64,000 nucleotides of DNA from Verrucomicrobiota bacterium (GTDB lineage Bacteria > Verrucomicrobiota > Verrucomicrobiia > Limisphaerales > CANJSG01), in contig JBBQXJ010000015.1 of NCBI GenBank assembly GCA_038209745.1, positions 1 to 64,000 on the forward strand, read 5' to 3'. Below, one piece after another: positions 1-10,873 of the stretch. The first letter of the stretch is position 1. Every line of letters begins with the position of its first letter. The notes beneath the pieces were generated by a model. That model was not told where the DNA came from and did not search any database. It was given only the letters and a program-made list of their open reading frames with translations. A program made the translations under genes and the position numbers.

Positions 1-63
1 GCTCGCTTGGCCGATCATTGGGTTCTTCTCCTCGCAACGCCCCATTCCCGAATCCTAGCCGTT

Positions 64-1413
64 ATGAACACCATCACCATCGCCCCACCGCCGAAGACCG
101 CTGGACCCCCGATCCAGAAGGAAACCACCGCAGGAAACTACTTCGTCGCGAACTATCCGCCGTTCGCCTTCTGGAAGGAGGAGGCGATTCCCGACTTCCA
201 CGCCGCGCTGGACCGTGCGCCGGCGCCGGGCGTGCCGCTGGGGCTCTACACCCACATCCCCTTTTGCCGGAAGCGCTGCCACTTCTGCTATTTCCGCGTC
301 TACACCGACAAGAACGCCGAGGACATCAAGGGCTACATCGACGCGCTGCTGAAGGACCTCGCCTTCTACGCGAACAAGCCCGTCATCGGCGGTCGCAAGC
401 CCAAGTTCCTCTACTTCGGCGGCGGCACGCCCAGCTACCTTTCGCCCGACCAGCTCCGCTTCCTCACCGAGGGGATGAAGAAGCAGTTGTCGTGGGACGA
501 GGCGGAGGAGATCACCTTCGAGGGTGAACCCGGCACGTTGACCGACCACAAGCTCCGCGCCATCCGCGAGATGGGCGTCACGCGCCTGAGCCTCGGCATC
601 GAGCACTTCGACGACCACATCCTGGAGATCAACGGCCGCGCGCATCGTTCCAAGGAAGTCCATCGCGCCTACTCCTTCGCCCGCGAGATCGGCTTCCCGC
701 AGATCAACATCGATCTCATCGCCGGCATGGTGGAAGAGACCGAGGAACTGTGGAAGGAGACCGTGGCCAAAGCCGTCGCGTTGGATCCCGATTCCGTGAC
801 GATCTACCAGATGGAAGTGCCCTACAACACGGGCATCTACAAACAGATGAAGGCCGACGGCAAACTCGTCGCGCCCGTGGCCGACTGGGAAACCAAGCGT
901 CGCTGGGTGGACTACGCCTACCGCGAATTCGAGAAGGTCGGCTACACCGTCACCAGCACCACGACCGTGGTGAAAGACCCGAAAAAGGTGAAGTTCGTCT
1001 ATCGCCAGGGCCTGTTCTCCGGCGCGGACATCCTCTCCATCGGCGTGGCCAGCTTCGGCCATCTGAACGGCATCCATTACCAGAACCACCACGACTTCCA
1101 GCCCTACGTCGACGCGGTCAACGCCGGCCAACTGCCGACCCATCGGGCCTACGTGGTCCCGGAAGACGAGCGGTATCTCCGCGAATTCATGCTCCAGCTC
1201 AAGCTCGGCAGCGTCTCCGTGAAACCCTTCATCGAGAAGTTCGGCAAAGACCCGCGCGAAGAGTTCGCCGCGCCGTTGGCCACGCTCCGCGAATGGGGCC
1301 ATCTCGTGGAAGCCGGCCACACCATCGGCCTGACCCGCGACGGCCTGCTCCAGGTGGACCGACTGTTGCAGGAGTTCTTCAAGCCGGAGCACAAGACGGG
1401 TCGCTACGCCTGA
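64..1413 (+). CDS. HemN-like (class C) radical SAM enzyme, neither canonical HemN nor HemW
   Basis: HIPFCRKRCHFCYF CxxxCxxC motif, YFGGGTPS, RLSLGIE, NIDLIAG; start placed at ATG 64. Confidence 0.85.
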   Translation: MNTITIAPPPKTAGPPIQKETTAGNYFVANYPPFAFWKEEAIPDFHAALDRAPAPGVPLGLYTHIPFCRKRCHFCYFRVYTDKNAEDIKGYIDALLKDLAFYANKPVIGGRKPKFLYFGGGTPSYLSPDQLRFLTEGMKKQLSWDEAEEITFEGEPGTLTDHKLRAIREMGVTRLSLGIEHFDDHILEINGRAHRSKEVHRAYSFAREIGFPQINIDLIAGMVEETEELWKETVAKAVALDPDSVTIYQMEVPYNTGIYKQMKADGKLVAPVADWETKRRWVDYAYREFEKVGYTVTSTTTVVKDPKKVKFVYRQGLFSGADILSIGVASFGHLNGIHYQNHHDFQPYVDAVNAGQLPTHRAYVVPEDERYLREFMLQLKLGSVSVKPFIEKFGKDPREEFAAPLATLREWGHLVEAGHTIGLTRDGLLQVDRLLQEFFKPEHKTGRYA

Positions 1414-1433
1414 GAAACCCCAAGTCGTTCAAC

Positions 1434-1997
1434 ATGTCATCCCAGCCTCCCGAGTCGGCGCAGCCCACCGTGTCGCCAATGGTCTATCCGTTGGACGACT
1501 TCTATGCGGTGGCGCATCGGCCTCTGCCGGCGATCGCGCCGGTGGCCGGTGACGAGGTGCCCGAGCCCTACCGGCATCTGCTCGTCCACGACAGCGACAT
1601 GACCTCCACCTTGGCGGCCTTCCACGGCGAACCCATCGCGCTCGACGTGTTGAGCCGCGAGGTCCGAAACGACGCCTATCTCCGCGAGGTGATCCTGCGG
1701 ACGCGCGATTCGAAGAAGCCCGTCGAGTTCGGCGCCATCCGGATCAACCTGCACCGCTTCGACCCAGAACCGCGTCGCCGCATCCTGAACGAGGCGGCTC
1801 CGCTGGGACAGATCCTGGCCGACTGCGGCGTCCGCTATCAGAGCCGGCCGAAGACCTTCCTGAAGATCACGGCGGACGAGTTCATCGGCGGCCTGCTCGG
1901 AGTCGCCGTCGGCACCGTGCTTTATGCCCGCCGCAACACGCTCTCGGATCCGCAACAGCGCTCGTTGGCCGAGATCGTGGAAATACTCCCCGTCTGA
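1434..1997 (+). CDS. chorismate-lyase/UTRA-fold (UbiC-like) hypothetical protein, 187 aa
   Basis: ATG 1434 within ORF 750..1997; DMTSTL..FHG, REVIL, PVEFGAIRI, PLGQIL, ARR, IVEILP pattern resembles the chorismate lyase fold. Confidence 0.6.
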   Translation: MSSQPPESAQPTVSPMVYPLDDFYAVAHRPLPAIAPVAGDEVPEPYRHLLVHDSDMTSTLAAFHGEPIALDVLSREVRNDAYLREVILRTRDSKKPVEFGAIRINLHRFDPEPRRRILNEAAPLGQILADCGVRYQSRPKTFLKITADEFIGGLLGVAVGTVLYARRNTLSDPQQRSLAEIVEILPV

Positions 1998-2239
1998 GGC
2001 GCTTCAACGCGTCGCGGCCACGGGCCGCCACGGGGCGTCCGCTTCGATCGCCTGATCGCGGATGACTTCCTGGCAAAGAAGGGGCTCGGCGGACGGGCGC
2101 ATCGGCTCGACCCGACCCGGCATCACCCGAACGAGCGACGCGGGTTCGGGCGTCAGCCTCAAAAGCAGCGTGGCGTGGGACCACGCCGGAAGTTTGGAGA
2201 GCCGTTCGACCTCCTCTGATCGGCACGGAAAGCCCGGTC

Positions 2240-3385
2240 TCAGGTCAGCGCCACCAGCGGCATCCCACCGCACTCGGCACAGGTCTCCGCCGACTCGATG
2301 AACTGGGCTTCGCAGCGGGGACAATAGCGTCGATGCGCCGGATCGCTCCGGGGCGGGGGAGCTTCCAGATCGGCGACCGCCACCCCCCGGACGTTCAACA
2401 ACGCGGCGATCTGCTCGACCTGCTTTCTCCGGTGCCATTCCACAATTCGCCGGGTGGACGTTTCCAAAGGGGCGTTGGGCCGACGCGGGTGTTTCAGATC
2501 CCGCCAATAACCGCGAGCCAAAGCCGGAGCGCTCTCCGGATCCAAGGCGAACGCCAGGGCCAACGGGTGGAAGCTTCCCACCAGGGGGCGAGAGAGCAGG
2601 GCCACCGCGCGGATCGAGACCAAGGGAGCGAGCCAGCCGAGCAGCGTGAGCTTGAACCGTTCGTCGCGGGCCTCCGGATAGAGGCGCCGATGGTTGCGCC
2701 GGAGCAGTTCCCCGATGGAGCCGGTCAACAGGTAGAGCGCGGGGACCAGGAACCACAGCGCCGGCAGCCAACCGAAACGCCAGACCACGACCGGCGCCAC
2801 CAGGAGCAGCATGCCGAAGAGCGCATGCACCAGACGCTTCATCCAGACCATGCGCGTCCGGAAATCCGCCACCGATCGAGCGACCGTGTCCGGATCGAGC
2901 CGGCGCCGCAGTTCGCGCTCGATCGCGGCCGGGCGTGAGGAGGGATCGGTCCGGGCAAGTTCCCGCAGGGTGTTTGCGAGCTGGTGCGGGGAATGGACGT
3001 TGTCCGCGCGCCAGCAGACGGCGCCTTGGATCCACAGCGTCTTCTCCTCCGCCCGGATCTTCTTCAGTTCATCCCACGAAAAGGACCGGCCGCTTCCGAC
3101 CGGAACCTGCGCCCCGGGGAAGTTCTCCGTCTGGCTGAAATGGACGCCGTCGGGCGACAAGGCGCACGGCCAAGGGCTCCCGCTGAAGACTTCGCCGAAA
3201 GGCGGCAATGGCCCGAGAAACGCAATCCCGCCCCGGCTGTTGCCGATGAGATCGCCCACGGGCGTCCGCCGGAAGCGGCCCCCAAAGGTCCGACGCAGCA
3301 CCAATCCACCGTGCTGGAACCACTGCGCGCCCTCCACGACGTGGAGCGTGACGAGGATCGCCAGCAGTGTTTCCCGCTCGGTCAT
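2240..3385 (-). CDS. hypothetical membrane protein with C-terminal zinc ribbon
   Basis: hydrophobic segments; terminal YCPRC..TCAECGG; start overlaps the stop of the upstream gene. Confidence 0.7.
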   Translation of the reverse strand: MTERETLLAILVTLHVVEGAQWFQHGGLVLRRTFGGRFRRTPVGDLIGNSRGGIAFLGPLPPFGEVFSGSPWPCALSPDGVHFSQTENFPGAQVPVGSGRSFSWDELKKIRAEEKTLWIQGAVCWRADNVHSPHQLANTLRELARTDPSSRPAAIERELRRRLDPDTVARSVADFRTRMVWMKRLVHALFGMLLLVAPVVVWRFGWLPALWFLVPALYLLTGSIGELLRRNHRRLYPEARDERFKLTLLGWLAPLVSIRAVALLSRPLVGSFHPLALAFALDPESAPALARGYWRDLKHPRRPNAPLETSTRRIVEWHRRKQVEQIAALLNVRGVAVADLEAPPPRSDPAHRRYCPRCEAQFIESAETCAECGGMPLVALT

Positions 3386-4311
3386 GAGTCGGTGGACGAT
3401 CCGTCCGAAGGCGGACGCCGGCCCCCGAAGAGGTTGCCGAAGAATTTTCTGATCCCCGCGACGAGCGCGACGATGCCGGCGATGATGACCTTGGCGAACT
3501 TCTTGAAGGCGGCGAGCACCATGCCGAAGAACCCGACCTTGTAGCCCACGGCCGCCGCCCCGCCCAGAATGAGCGCGCTCAGACCGTATTCGGAGATCTT
3601 GTCGCCGGCTTTGAACTCCGAATAGGACTCGCCCGTCTTGTAGTTGAAGTGGTCCAACAGATCCCGGAACGCCGGTAAACTGGCGTCCACCTGGTCGAAG
3701 TCCTCCATCAATGTGGCTTCCGTGATCCCGTTCCGGCCAAGCAATCGGACGTTGTAGTTCACGATGCGGCGCCCACGGCTTTCAGCCAGGACGGACCATT
3801 CCAAGTTCTTCGTCTTGTCGTTGTAGCGGGGCTCCACGTGCCAGCCGATGACGTCGATGGGATCCAAGCCGTTCTTCCGGCGGTACTCGTTACCGGCCTC
3901 GTTGCCTTTCTTGATCGAGGCCAAAAGCTTCTTCGCGTCCAGCTTGTCCTTGTCGTCGTCCTTCACGTAGCCCACATCGGAGAACTCGAAGATCACCGCC
4001 CAGCCTGATTTCTCGTTACGGACAAAGCCAATCTCGTTGCCGCTCGGCTGGTTGCCCATGAGGGACATCAACCTGGCCGCGTCGCTGGCCCCAAGGAAAC
4101 GGAACCCCGCAGGCACTTTGAGCTTGGCCCGGCCGCCCAGATCGCCCTCGGCCGGGCCGTCCTGCCAGGCGAACTTCTCGGCGGGAGCCTTCTGTTCGGG
4201 CACAACGGCCGGGGTCTTGTCGGAATCCGCCGCGACGAGCGGCAGCGCCAGACCCAGAAGAAGCGCACCGATCAGCGTTCGGATGGGCGCCAGTGCGGAA
4301 TGATACCTCAT
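3382..4311 (-). CDS. DUF2167 family membrane-anchored protein
   Basis: signal peptide; GYVKDDD, GW..EPRY, NYNVRLLGRNG, GDKISEYGLSALILGG motifs; C-terminal TM segment. Confidence 0.85.
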   Translation of the reverse strand: MRYHSALAPIRTLIGALLLGLALPLVAADSDKTPAVVPEQKAPAEKFAWQDGPAEGDLGGRAKLKVPAGFRFLGASDAARLMSLMGNQPSGNEIGFVRNEKSGWAVIFEFSDVGYVKDDDKDKLDAKKLLASIKKGNEAGNEYRRKNGLDPIDVIGWHVEPRYNDKTKNLEWSVLAESRGRRIVNYNVRLLGRNGITEATLMEDFDQVDASLPAFRDLLDHFNYKTGESYSEFKAGDKISEYGLSALILGGAAAVGYKVGFFGMVLAAFKKFAKVIIAGIVALVAGIRKFFGNLFGGRRPPSDGSSTDS

Positions 4312-4454
4312 GCGGCAGATGTCGCCCGAGGGGAGTGGTCTCGGTCAAGCCGCGTTTGCCGAAGAAGGGGGCGGGCGATCGTTGGGCACCCCGGCCTCCA
4401 GCCTGCGGTCGCAGTTCCCCGAACGGGCGAAGTCACCGCGATCCCGGCCGACCC

Positions 4455-5447
4455 TTACCCGACCGGTGAGTTCTCGAGGAGGTCGCCATCCAGCGCGGCC
4501 CGAAGGGCGGCCCCGAGCAGGGCGCACTTTTCGTTCAAGATCACGCGGACCGGGATGCGCTGCAGCAGCCCCCGCATCCGGCCCTTTTCCAGGAAGGCCG
4601 ACATGAAGAGCGGTTCGCGCAGCTTGGAAATGATCTTCGGCGCGATGCCGCCCCCGATGAGCACCTCGCGCGTCGCCTTCATCTTGAGGGCCAGATTCCC
4701 CGCCTCGGCTCCGTAGACGGCGGTGAACATGTCCAGCGCCAGCACCGCCCGGCTCGACGAACCGCTGAGCGCAGCCTGGGAAATGGCGGACGCCTGTAGA
4801 TGAGAGGCCAGTTCTTCGGAGGCTTCGCCCCGGCCGGTGGCCTGGAAGAACTCATAGATGTTGACCAGACCGGGTCCCGACAGGACGCGTTCGTAGCTGA
4901 CGTGGCCGAACTTCCTCCTAAGGAACCGCACCATCTCGTCCTGGAGTTCGTCCTGGGGGGCGAAGGTGACGTGACCGCCCTCGCTGGCGAACGGCCGCAA
5001 GCGCGTGCCGTCATAGTAGAAGCCCGCCTGGCCCAGACCGGTGCCGGCCGAGATGATGCCCGCGTTGCCGTTCGGATCGGGAGTCCCGACCTGGAGCGTC
5101 TCGAACTCGGAATCCTCCAGCACCGTCGCGCCATAGGCGTTCGCTTCGAGATCGTTGATCAGGATGACGCGCGAAAGTTTCAGGCCCGAAGCGAGCGACG
5201 AGGCGCGGATGTGCCAAGGGAGGTTCGGCGTGATCACTTCGCCGTCCTGCACCGGGCCGGCGATGCCGAAGCAGGCGTGCGTCACCTTTCCGGGGTGGTG
5301 GGCGAGAAACTTGGCCACGATGTCTTCCAGCCGCGAGTGGGCCGAACTGGAAAAGGTCTCGACCGCCGTCGCGTGGGGCCGGTCGTTCTGGATGTCGAAC
5401 AGGCCCAGCCGTGAGCCGGTGCCGCCGATGTCGCCTGCTAGAAGCAT
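4455..5447 (-). CDS. glk: glucokinase (E. coli Glk type)
   Basis: LAGDIGGT, IAGPV, LINDLEA, AGTGLG, SEGGH, ERVLSGPG, GGGIAPKI. Confidence 0.92.
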   Translation of the reverse strand: MLLAGDIGGTGSRLGLFDIQNDRPHATAVETFSSSAHSRLEDIVAKFLAHHPGKVTHACFGIAGPVQDGEVITPNLPWHIRASSLASGLKLSRVILINDLEANAYGATVLEDSEFETLQVGTPDPNGNAGIISAGTGLGQAGFYYDGTRLRPFASEGGHVTFAPQDELQDEMVRFLRRKFGHVSYERVLSGPGLVNIYEFFQATGRGEASEELASHLQASAISQAALSGSSSRAVLALDMFTAVYGAEAGNLALKMKATREVLIGGGIAPKIISKLREPLFMSAFLEKGRMRGLLQRIPVRVILNEKCALLGAALRAALDGDLLENSPVG

Positions 5448-5487
5448 GGTGGTGGGTGGAGTCTGGAAGGGTTCGCCGGGGAGAAAA

Positions 5488-6174
5488 TCAGGGCTGGGGC
5501 GCTTTGTCCCACCATTTCGAAAGGCGCGCCTTGGGCGGCGGCGGCAGATCGAGGCCGTTGTCCGCGTAGTGCGCCACGTCGTTGAAGAGCATCAGCCGCG
5601 CGTGGGCCGGATCCTTGAAGTCGAGGATGTTCAGGCAGGCCGGATTCTGGTCGAGCCGATCACGATAGGTGCGGGGATCAAACCCAAGCATCACGCAGAG
5701 GAGCAGGCGGATGGTCGCCTTGTGCGACACGATCGCGATCTGCTGGTCCGGGTGCGCGGAAACGATCTCACGCAGGATCGGCAACGCCCGGGCCACGACC
5801 GCGAGGCCGGTCTCGCCGCCGACCGGCGCAAAGGTGAACGGGTCTTCCTCCCACCGGGCGTATTCGTCGTCGAACTTGGCCTCGACCTCGGCCCGGGTGT
5901 GCTGTTCCCAACGGCCGTGGGAAATCTCGCGCAACCCATCCCGCGTCAGGATGGAAAGACCATGCGGTTCGGAGATCGCACGGGCCGTGGCTTTGGTCCG
6001 CTCCATGGGCGAGGCATAGACGGCGGTCAGCGGGATCCCGGCGAGACGGGCGCCAAGGCGCCGCGCCTGGTCATGGCCGAACTCGGACAGCGGAACGTCG
6101 ATTTCGCCGGCGAAACGATCCTCGGCGACGAGAGGGGTGGCTCCGTGGCGGATGAGATGGACTCGGGTGGACAT
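5488..6174 (-). CDS. histidine phosphatase (phosphoglycerate mutase superfamily)
   Basis: LIRHGAT, SPMERT, LREISHGRWE, GGET, IVSH. Confidence 0.9.
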   Translation of the reverse strand: MSTRVHLIRHGATPLVAEDRFAGEIDVPLSEFGHDQARRLGARLAGIPLTAVYASPMERTKATARAISEPHGLSILTRDGLREISHGRWEQHTRAEVEAKFDDEYARWEEDPFTFAPVGGETGLAVVARALPILREIVSAHPDQQIAIVSHKATIRLLLCVMLGFDPRTYRDRLDQNPACLNILDFKDPAHARLMLFNDVAHYADNGLDLPPPPKARLSKWWDKAPQP

Positions 6175-6532
6175 GGCGAATGGAGTAGGATCGGGGTTGG
6201 GCGGAGCACGACCGGTGCCGCCGATGTGGCCGCAGCGGGATAGGTGTGGTCAAGCCGCGTTTCCCAAAGGCAGTACCGTGGCATCAACAAGACGAACCAA
6301 AAATCATTGGGTGGCGACTGTCTTCAAGAAACGGGGAAAAGGAGGTAGGCGATATACGGAGCGCCCTTGTTGGAGCGGCTTCATCGATGTCATAGCCGTG
6401 GGTCTATGGCTTCAAGGGCGCTGTCAATCTGGCGCAGATGAAGTGCCCTCGGTTCGTCTCGGCAATTCATGGAGTGATCTTTGAGCGAAACGGTTTTCGG
6501 GACACATGGACCACAAGATTGGCTGTTTCGCT

Positions 6533-8281
6533 TCAGAGCTTCAGATCCGCGTCCGTCACGGCGCCTTCGGAGGCGGTGCTGACGAGGTGGGCATACTTGG
6601 CGAGGACGCCGGAGGTGTAGCGGGGCTTGATGCCTTTCCATGCCTTCTGCCGGGTCTTCAGTTCGGTCGCGGAGACCTTCGCGGTGAGTTCCTTCTTCTC
6701 GCCGTCGATCACGATGGTGTCGCCGTTCTTCACCAGGGCGAGCGGGCCGCCGAGGTAGGCTTCGGGCGTGATGTGGCCGACGACGAAGCCGTGGGTGCCG
6801 CCGGAGAAACGTCCGTCGGTGACGAGCGCCACGTCCTTGCCGAGGCCGAGACCCATGATGGCGGCGGTGGGTCCGAGCATCTCGCGCATGCCGGGTCCGC
6901 CCTTGGGCCCTTCGTAGCGGATGACGATGACGTCGCCCTTTTTGATCTTCCGGCCGAGGATGGCCTTCATCGCGTCGGGCTCGGAGTTGAAAACCTTGGC
7001 CTTGCCTTCAAAGCGCAGGCCTTCCTTGCCGCTGATCTTCGCGACGGAACCTCTGGGGGCGAGGTTGCCGTAGAGGACGCAGAGGTGGCTGTCCTTTTTG
7101 ATCGGGTTGTCGAGCGGGCGGATGATCTCCTGGCCTTTGATATAGGGCGGAACGTCCTTCAGCGTCTCGGCCATGGTCTGGCCGGTGACAGTGAGGCAGT
7201 CGCCGTGGAGCAGGCCGCCATCGAGGAGCATCTTCATCAGGGGCCGGATGCCGCCGATCGCGACGAGCGCGCTCATGACGTATTTGCCGCTGGGCTTGAG
7301 GTCGGCCAGCACGGGAACGCGTTTCCCGATGCGGGAGAAGTCGTCGATGGTGAGCTTCACGCCGGCGGCGCGGGCGATTGCGAGGAGATGGAGCACGGCG
7401 TTGGTGGAACCGCCCAGGGCGATGACAACGGTGATCGAGTTTTCGAACGCCTTCTTCGTCATGATGTCGCGCGGGCGCAAGCCGATCTTGAGCATGTTGA
7501 CCACGGCTTCGCCGGCGCGGCGGGAGTCTTCCTTCTTGGCCTTGGAGATGGCGTTCTGCGCAGAACTGTTGGGCAGGCTCATGCCGAGCGCCTCGATGGC
7601 GGAGGCCATGGTGTTGGCGGTATACATGCCGCCGCACGATCCGGGTCCGGGGATGGCGCAGGACTCGATCTGGTCGAGCTCGTGGTCGTCGATCCGGCCA
7701 TTGGCGTGGGCGCCGACGGCCTCGAAGACGGAGACGACATCGAGCTGCCGCTTCTGAGGATCACCGGTAATGCAGCCGGGGAGAATGGTGCCGCCATAGA
7801 CGAACACGGCCGCGCGGTTCATGCGGGCGATGGCCATCAGGCAGCCGGGCATGTTCTTGTCGCACCCGCCGATGGCCACGAAGCCGTCCATGCCTTCGCA
7901 GCCGACGACGGTCTCGACGGAGTCGGCGATGATCTCACGGGAGACGAGGGAATACTTCATCCCTTCGGTGCCCATGGAGATGCCGTCGGAGATGGTGATG
8001 GTGTTGAAGACGATCGCCTTGCCGCCGGCCGCGTTGACGCCCTTCTCGGACTCCAGCGCGAGCTTGTCGATGTGCATGTTGCAGGGCGTGACGTTGCTCC
8101 AGGTGGAGGCGACGCCGATGATGGGCCGGGCGAAATCCGCCTTGGTGAACCCGACGGGATAGAGCATGGCGCGACTGGGCGCGCGGTCCGGTCCGTCGAG
8201 CATGGGGCCGGAGAAGGGACGGAGCGGATCCGTGCCGATCTGGTCGTTGCGGCCGGGCACGGGAGCGAATGGCTTTTTCAT
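6533..8281 (-). CDS. ilvD: dihydroxy-acid dehydratase
   Basis: [53 protein letters not shown]; start at MKKPF. Confidence 0.95.
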   Translation of the reverse strand: MKKPFAPVPGRNDQIGTDPLRPFSGPMLDGPDRAPSRAMLYPVGFTKADFARPIIGVASTWSNVTPCNMHIDKLALESEKGVNAAGGKAIVFNTITISDGISMGTEGMKYSLVSREIIADSVETVVGCEGMDGFVAIGGCDKNMPGCLMAIARMNRAAVFVYGGTILPGCITGDPQKRQLDVVSVFEAVGAHANGRIDDHELDQIESCAIPGPGSCGGMYTANTMASAIEALGMSLPNSSAQNAISKAKKEDSRRAGEAVVNMLKIGLRPRDIMTKKAFENSITVVIALGGSTNAVLHLLAIARAAGVKLTIDDFSRIGKRVPVLADLKPSGKYVMSALVAIGGIRPLMKMLLDGGLLHGDCLTVTGQTMAETLKDVPPYIKGQEIIRPLDNPIKKDSHLCVLYGNLAPRGSVAKISGKEGLRFEGKAKVFNSEPDAMKAILGRKIKKGDVIVIRYEGPKGGPGMREMLGPTAAIMGLGLGKDVALVTDGRFSGGTHGFVVGHITPEAYLGGPLALVKNGDTIVIDGEKKELTAKVSATELKTRQKAWKGIKPRYTSGVLAKYAHLVSTASEGAVTDADLKL

Positions 8282-8467
8282 AGACGGTCCACGAGCGTGG
8301 ACTGGAAGGCGGGCCAATGACAAGAGGCGGAAGTGCCTCCCGATGCTCGAAAGCAGTCGCGCCAAATCCAAGCACGGGAAGAATTAATATGAGGGACCTC
8401 TCGCCGAATGGGTAGCCGCCCACAATTCCCTTGCGGCCGAGGTATCAGTCCGGCTTTTTCACCCCGG

Positions 8468-8791
8468 ATGATCGAAGTCTTCGGTGCAATAGCAGGATCG
8501 ATTGCGTTCAGGCGGGAGGCCACCGGGAGGAACTGTCATCCGGGGCATGCCACGCGCTTCCCTCTGATCAAGGGTTCGTTGATCTTCGCGGCCAGCACAG
8601 TTGTCCAACTCCTGTTTGGATCTGTGTTTCCGAGAGTTGGAACTTCGACGGTTTTGGCCGAGGCATTGGGCTGGGGCGCCAGTCTTTTCTTTGTCGTCTT
8701 GTATTTCCTGGTGCTTTCCAAGAACTGGCGGGCGATCCGTAAACTTCCGCTGAAATTCTCCAACGCTGCACCGGCCTCGTCGGACAGCTGA
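8468..8791 (+). CDS. small hypothetical membrane protein
   Basis: ORF with two hydrophobic stretches in the gap between ilvD and the M13 peptidase; start uncertain. Confidence 0.4.
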   Translation: MIEVFGAIAGSIAFRREATGRNCHPGHATRFPLIKGSLIFAASTVVQLLFGSVFPRVGTSTVLAEALGWGASLFFVVLYFLVLSKNWRAIRKLPLKFSNAAPASSDS

Positions 8792-8863
8792 TTTCCGATT
8801 ACCCGCGATTTCCAAGGTAGAGCTTCCCGCTTGCGAGCGGCACGTCTTCGGCAAAACTGGGTC

Positions 8864-10873
8864 ATGCGCAAACGCACCGTGTCCGCTGTCTTGGCATCGT
8901 TGTTCCTCACGTTCGGCCTTCGTGCCGGGATCGATCCGAAGGACTTCGACACCTCGGTCAAGCCGCAGGACGACTTCTACGAGTTCGCCAATGGCCGCTG
9001 GTTGAAGACCAACCCGGTTCCCCCTGAATACAGCAGTTGGGGCGCGTTCAACGAACTGGACGAGCGCAACAAATTGGCCCTGCGCAAGATCCTGGACCAG
9101 GCCGCCGCCGCCAAAACGCCGGATGCGAACCAGAAGCTGGTCGGCGATTTCTATGCGAGCGGCATGGACATCACCGCGATCGAGGCCGCCGGCACCCGGC
9201 CGCTTCGCCCGGAGTTGGACCGCATCGCCGGACTCAAGACGGCCACGGATGTTCAGGCCGAGATCGCGCGGCTGCATCTGATCGGCGTGCCGGTATGTTT
9301 TGGCTTCGGCTCGGAGCCCGATCCCAAGAATAGCGACGTGGTGATCGCCGCTGCGGGGCAAGGCGGGCTTGGTTTGCCGGACCGCGACTACTATCTGCGC
9401 GACGACGAGAAGTCCCAAAAGCTGCGCGAGCAATACATCACCCACGTGGCCACCATCCTACGGCTCGGCGGCGAATCGATCGAAGGCGCGATGGAACAGA
9501 CCCGCGCCGTGATGCGGATAGAAACCGCTCTGGCAAAAGGCTCAAAGACGCGCGTAGAACTCCGTGATCCGGTCGCCAACTACCATCGGATGACCGAGGC
9601 GGAGTTGATGGGGCAAACCTTGCATTTCGACTGGCCGGTTTATTTCGCCGCCATCGGAGTGACGAGCCCGGGCGACATCGACATCGGGCAACCCGAGTTC
9701 TTCAAGACCTTGGATGGACTTCTCGGCACCACTCCGTTGGCGGACTGGCAGGCGTATCTCCGCTGGCACCTGTTGCACGACGCGGCCTCGAGTCTTGGCG
9801 CCGATTTCGTGGACGAGAACTTCGACTTCTACGGCAAGACATTGACCGGACAGCAGAAGCTACGCGAACGCTGGAAGCGCGTTCTGGGCGTGGTCAACGG
9901 AATGGTCGGCGAAGCACTGGGCCAGCTCTACGTCGGGCAATATTTCCCGCCCGAATCCAAGGCGCAGATGTTGAAGCTGGTCCACAATCTCGAGGAGGCG
10001 TTGCGCGACCGGATCAACAAGCTCGAATGGATGGACGAGCCGACCCGCAAGCTGGCGCTGGCCAAACTGGACGCCTTCACGGTGAAGATCGGCTACCCCG
10101 ACAACTGGCGGGATTATTCGGCGCTGAAGATCGACCGCGGGCCGTTCGTGTTGAACGTGCAGCGCGCCTCCCTGTTCCTCTTCCAGCGGGATCTCGCGAA
10201 GATCGGCAAGAGGGTAGACCGCACCGAGTGGAGCATGTCGCCGCCGACGGTGAACGCCTACTACAACCCGCAGATGAACGAGATCGTCTTTCCTGCCGGC
10301 ATTCTCCAACCGCCGTTCTTCGATCCGAAAGCCGACGACGCGATCAATTATGGCGGCATCGGCGCGGTGATCGGCCACGAGATGACCCACGGGTTCGACG
10401 ACCAGGGCCGACAGTTCGACGCGAAGGGCAACCTGACCGACTGGTGGACATCGCAGAGCGCGACGAATTTCCAGGCGCGGGCGAAGGGCATCGTCAAGCA
10501 GTTCGACGACTACGTCGCGGTGGACGATCTCCATGTGAACGGCGCACTGACCACGGGCGAAAACATCGCGGACCTCGGCGGGCTGAAGATCGCGTATGCC
10601 GCGCTCCAGCAGGCGTTGGCCGAAAAGCCGGCTCCGGACAAGATCGACGGTTATACGCCGACCCAGCGTTTCTTTCTCAGTTGGGCCACGGTCTGGCGGA
10701 CGAATCAACGGCCCGAAGTCGCCCGGCTCCGCGCCCAGACCGATCCACATTCTCCGCCACGTTTGCGCGTGCTTGGCCCCCTCTCCAATCTCCCGGAGTT
10801 CATCGACGCGTTTGATGTTCCGGAAGGGTCCCCGATGCGCCGGGCTCCGGCGGATCGCGTAGAGATCTGGTAG
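8864..10873 (+). CDS. M13 family zinc metallopeptidase (neprilysin/PepO-like), secreted
   Basis: signal peptide; PQDDFY, VNAYY, HEMTH zinc motif, GENIAD, DPHSP. Confidence 0.95.
   Translation: MRKRTVSAVLASLFLTFGLRAGIDPKDFDTSVKPQDDFYEFANGRWLKTNPVPPEYSSWGAFNELDERNKLALRKILDQAAAAKTPDANQKLVGDFYASGMDITAIEAAGTRPLRPELDRIAGLKTATDVQAEIARLHLIGVPVCFGFGSEPDPKNSDVVIAAAGQGGLGLPDRDYYLRDDEKSQKLREQYITHVATILRLGGESIEGAMEQTRAVMRIETALAKGSKTRVELRDPVANYHRMTEAELMGQTLHFDWPVYFAAIGVTSPGDIDIGQPEFFKTLDGLLGTTPLADWQAYLRWHLLHDAASSLGADFVDENFDFYGKTLTGQQKLRERWKRVLGVVNGMVGEALGQLYVGQYFPPESKAQMLKLVHNLEEALRDRINKLEWMDEPTRKLALAKLDAFTVKIGYPDNWRDYSALKIDRGPFVLNVQRASLFLFQRDLAKIGKRVDRTEWSMSPPTVNAYYNPQMNEIVFPAGILQPPFFDPKADDAINYGGIGAVIGHEMTHGFDDQGRQFDAKGNLTDWWTSQSATNFQARAKGIVKQFDDYVAVDDLHVNGALTTGENIADLGGLKIAYAALQQALAEKPAPDKIDGYTPTQRFFLSWATVWRTNQRPEVARLRAQTDPHSPPRLRVLGPLSNLPEFIDAFDVPEGSPMRRAPADRVEIW

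Noticed and set aside
64..1413. annotation as true hemN or hemW
   Set aside because: Lacks the HemN CxxxCxxCxC pattern and the HemW HNxxYW motif.
6506..8320. 604-aa plus-strand ORF and similar long antisense ORFs (59464..60831, 54920..56248, 37903..39447, 26803..28737, 55..1392)
   Set aside because: They lie opposite well-supported genes, have no motifs, and are expected in high-GC DNA.
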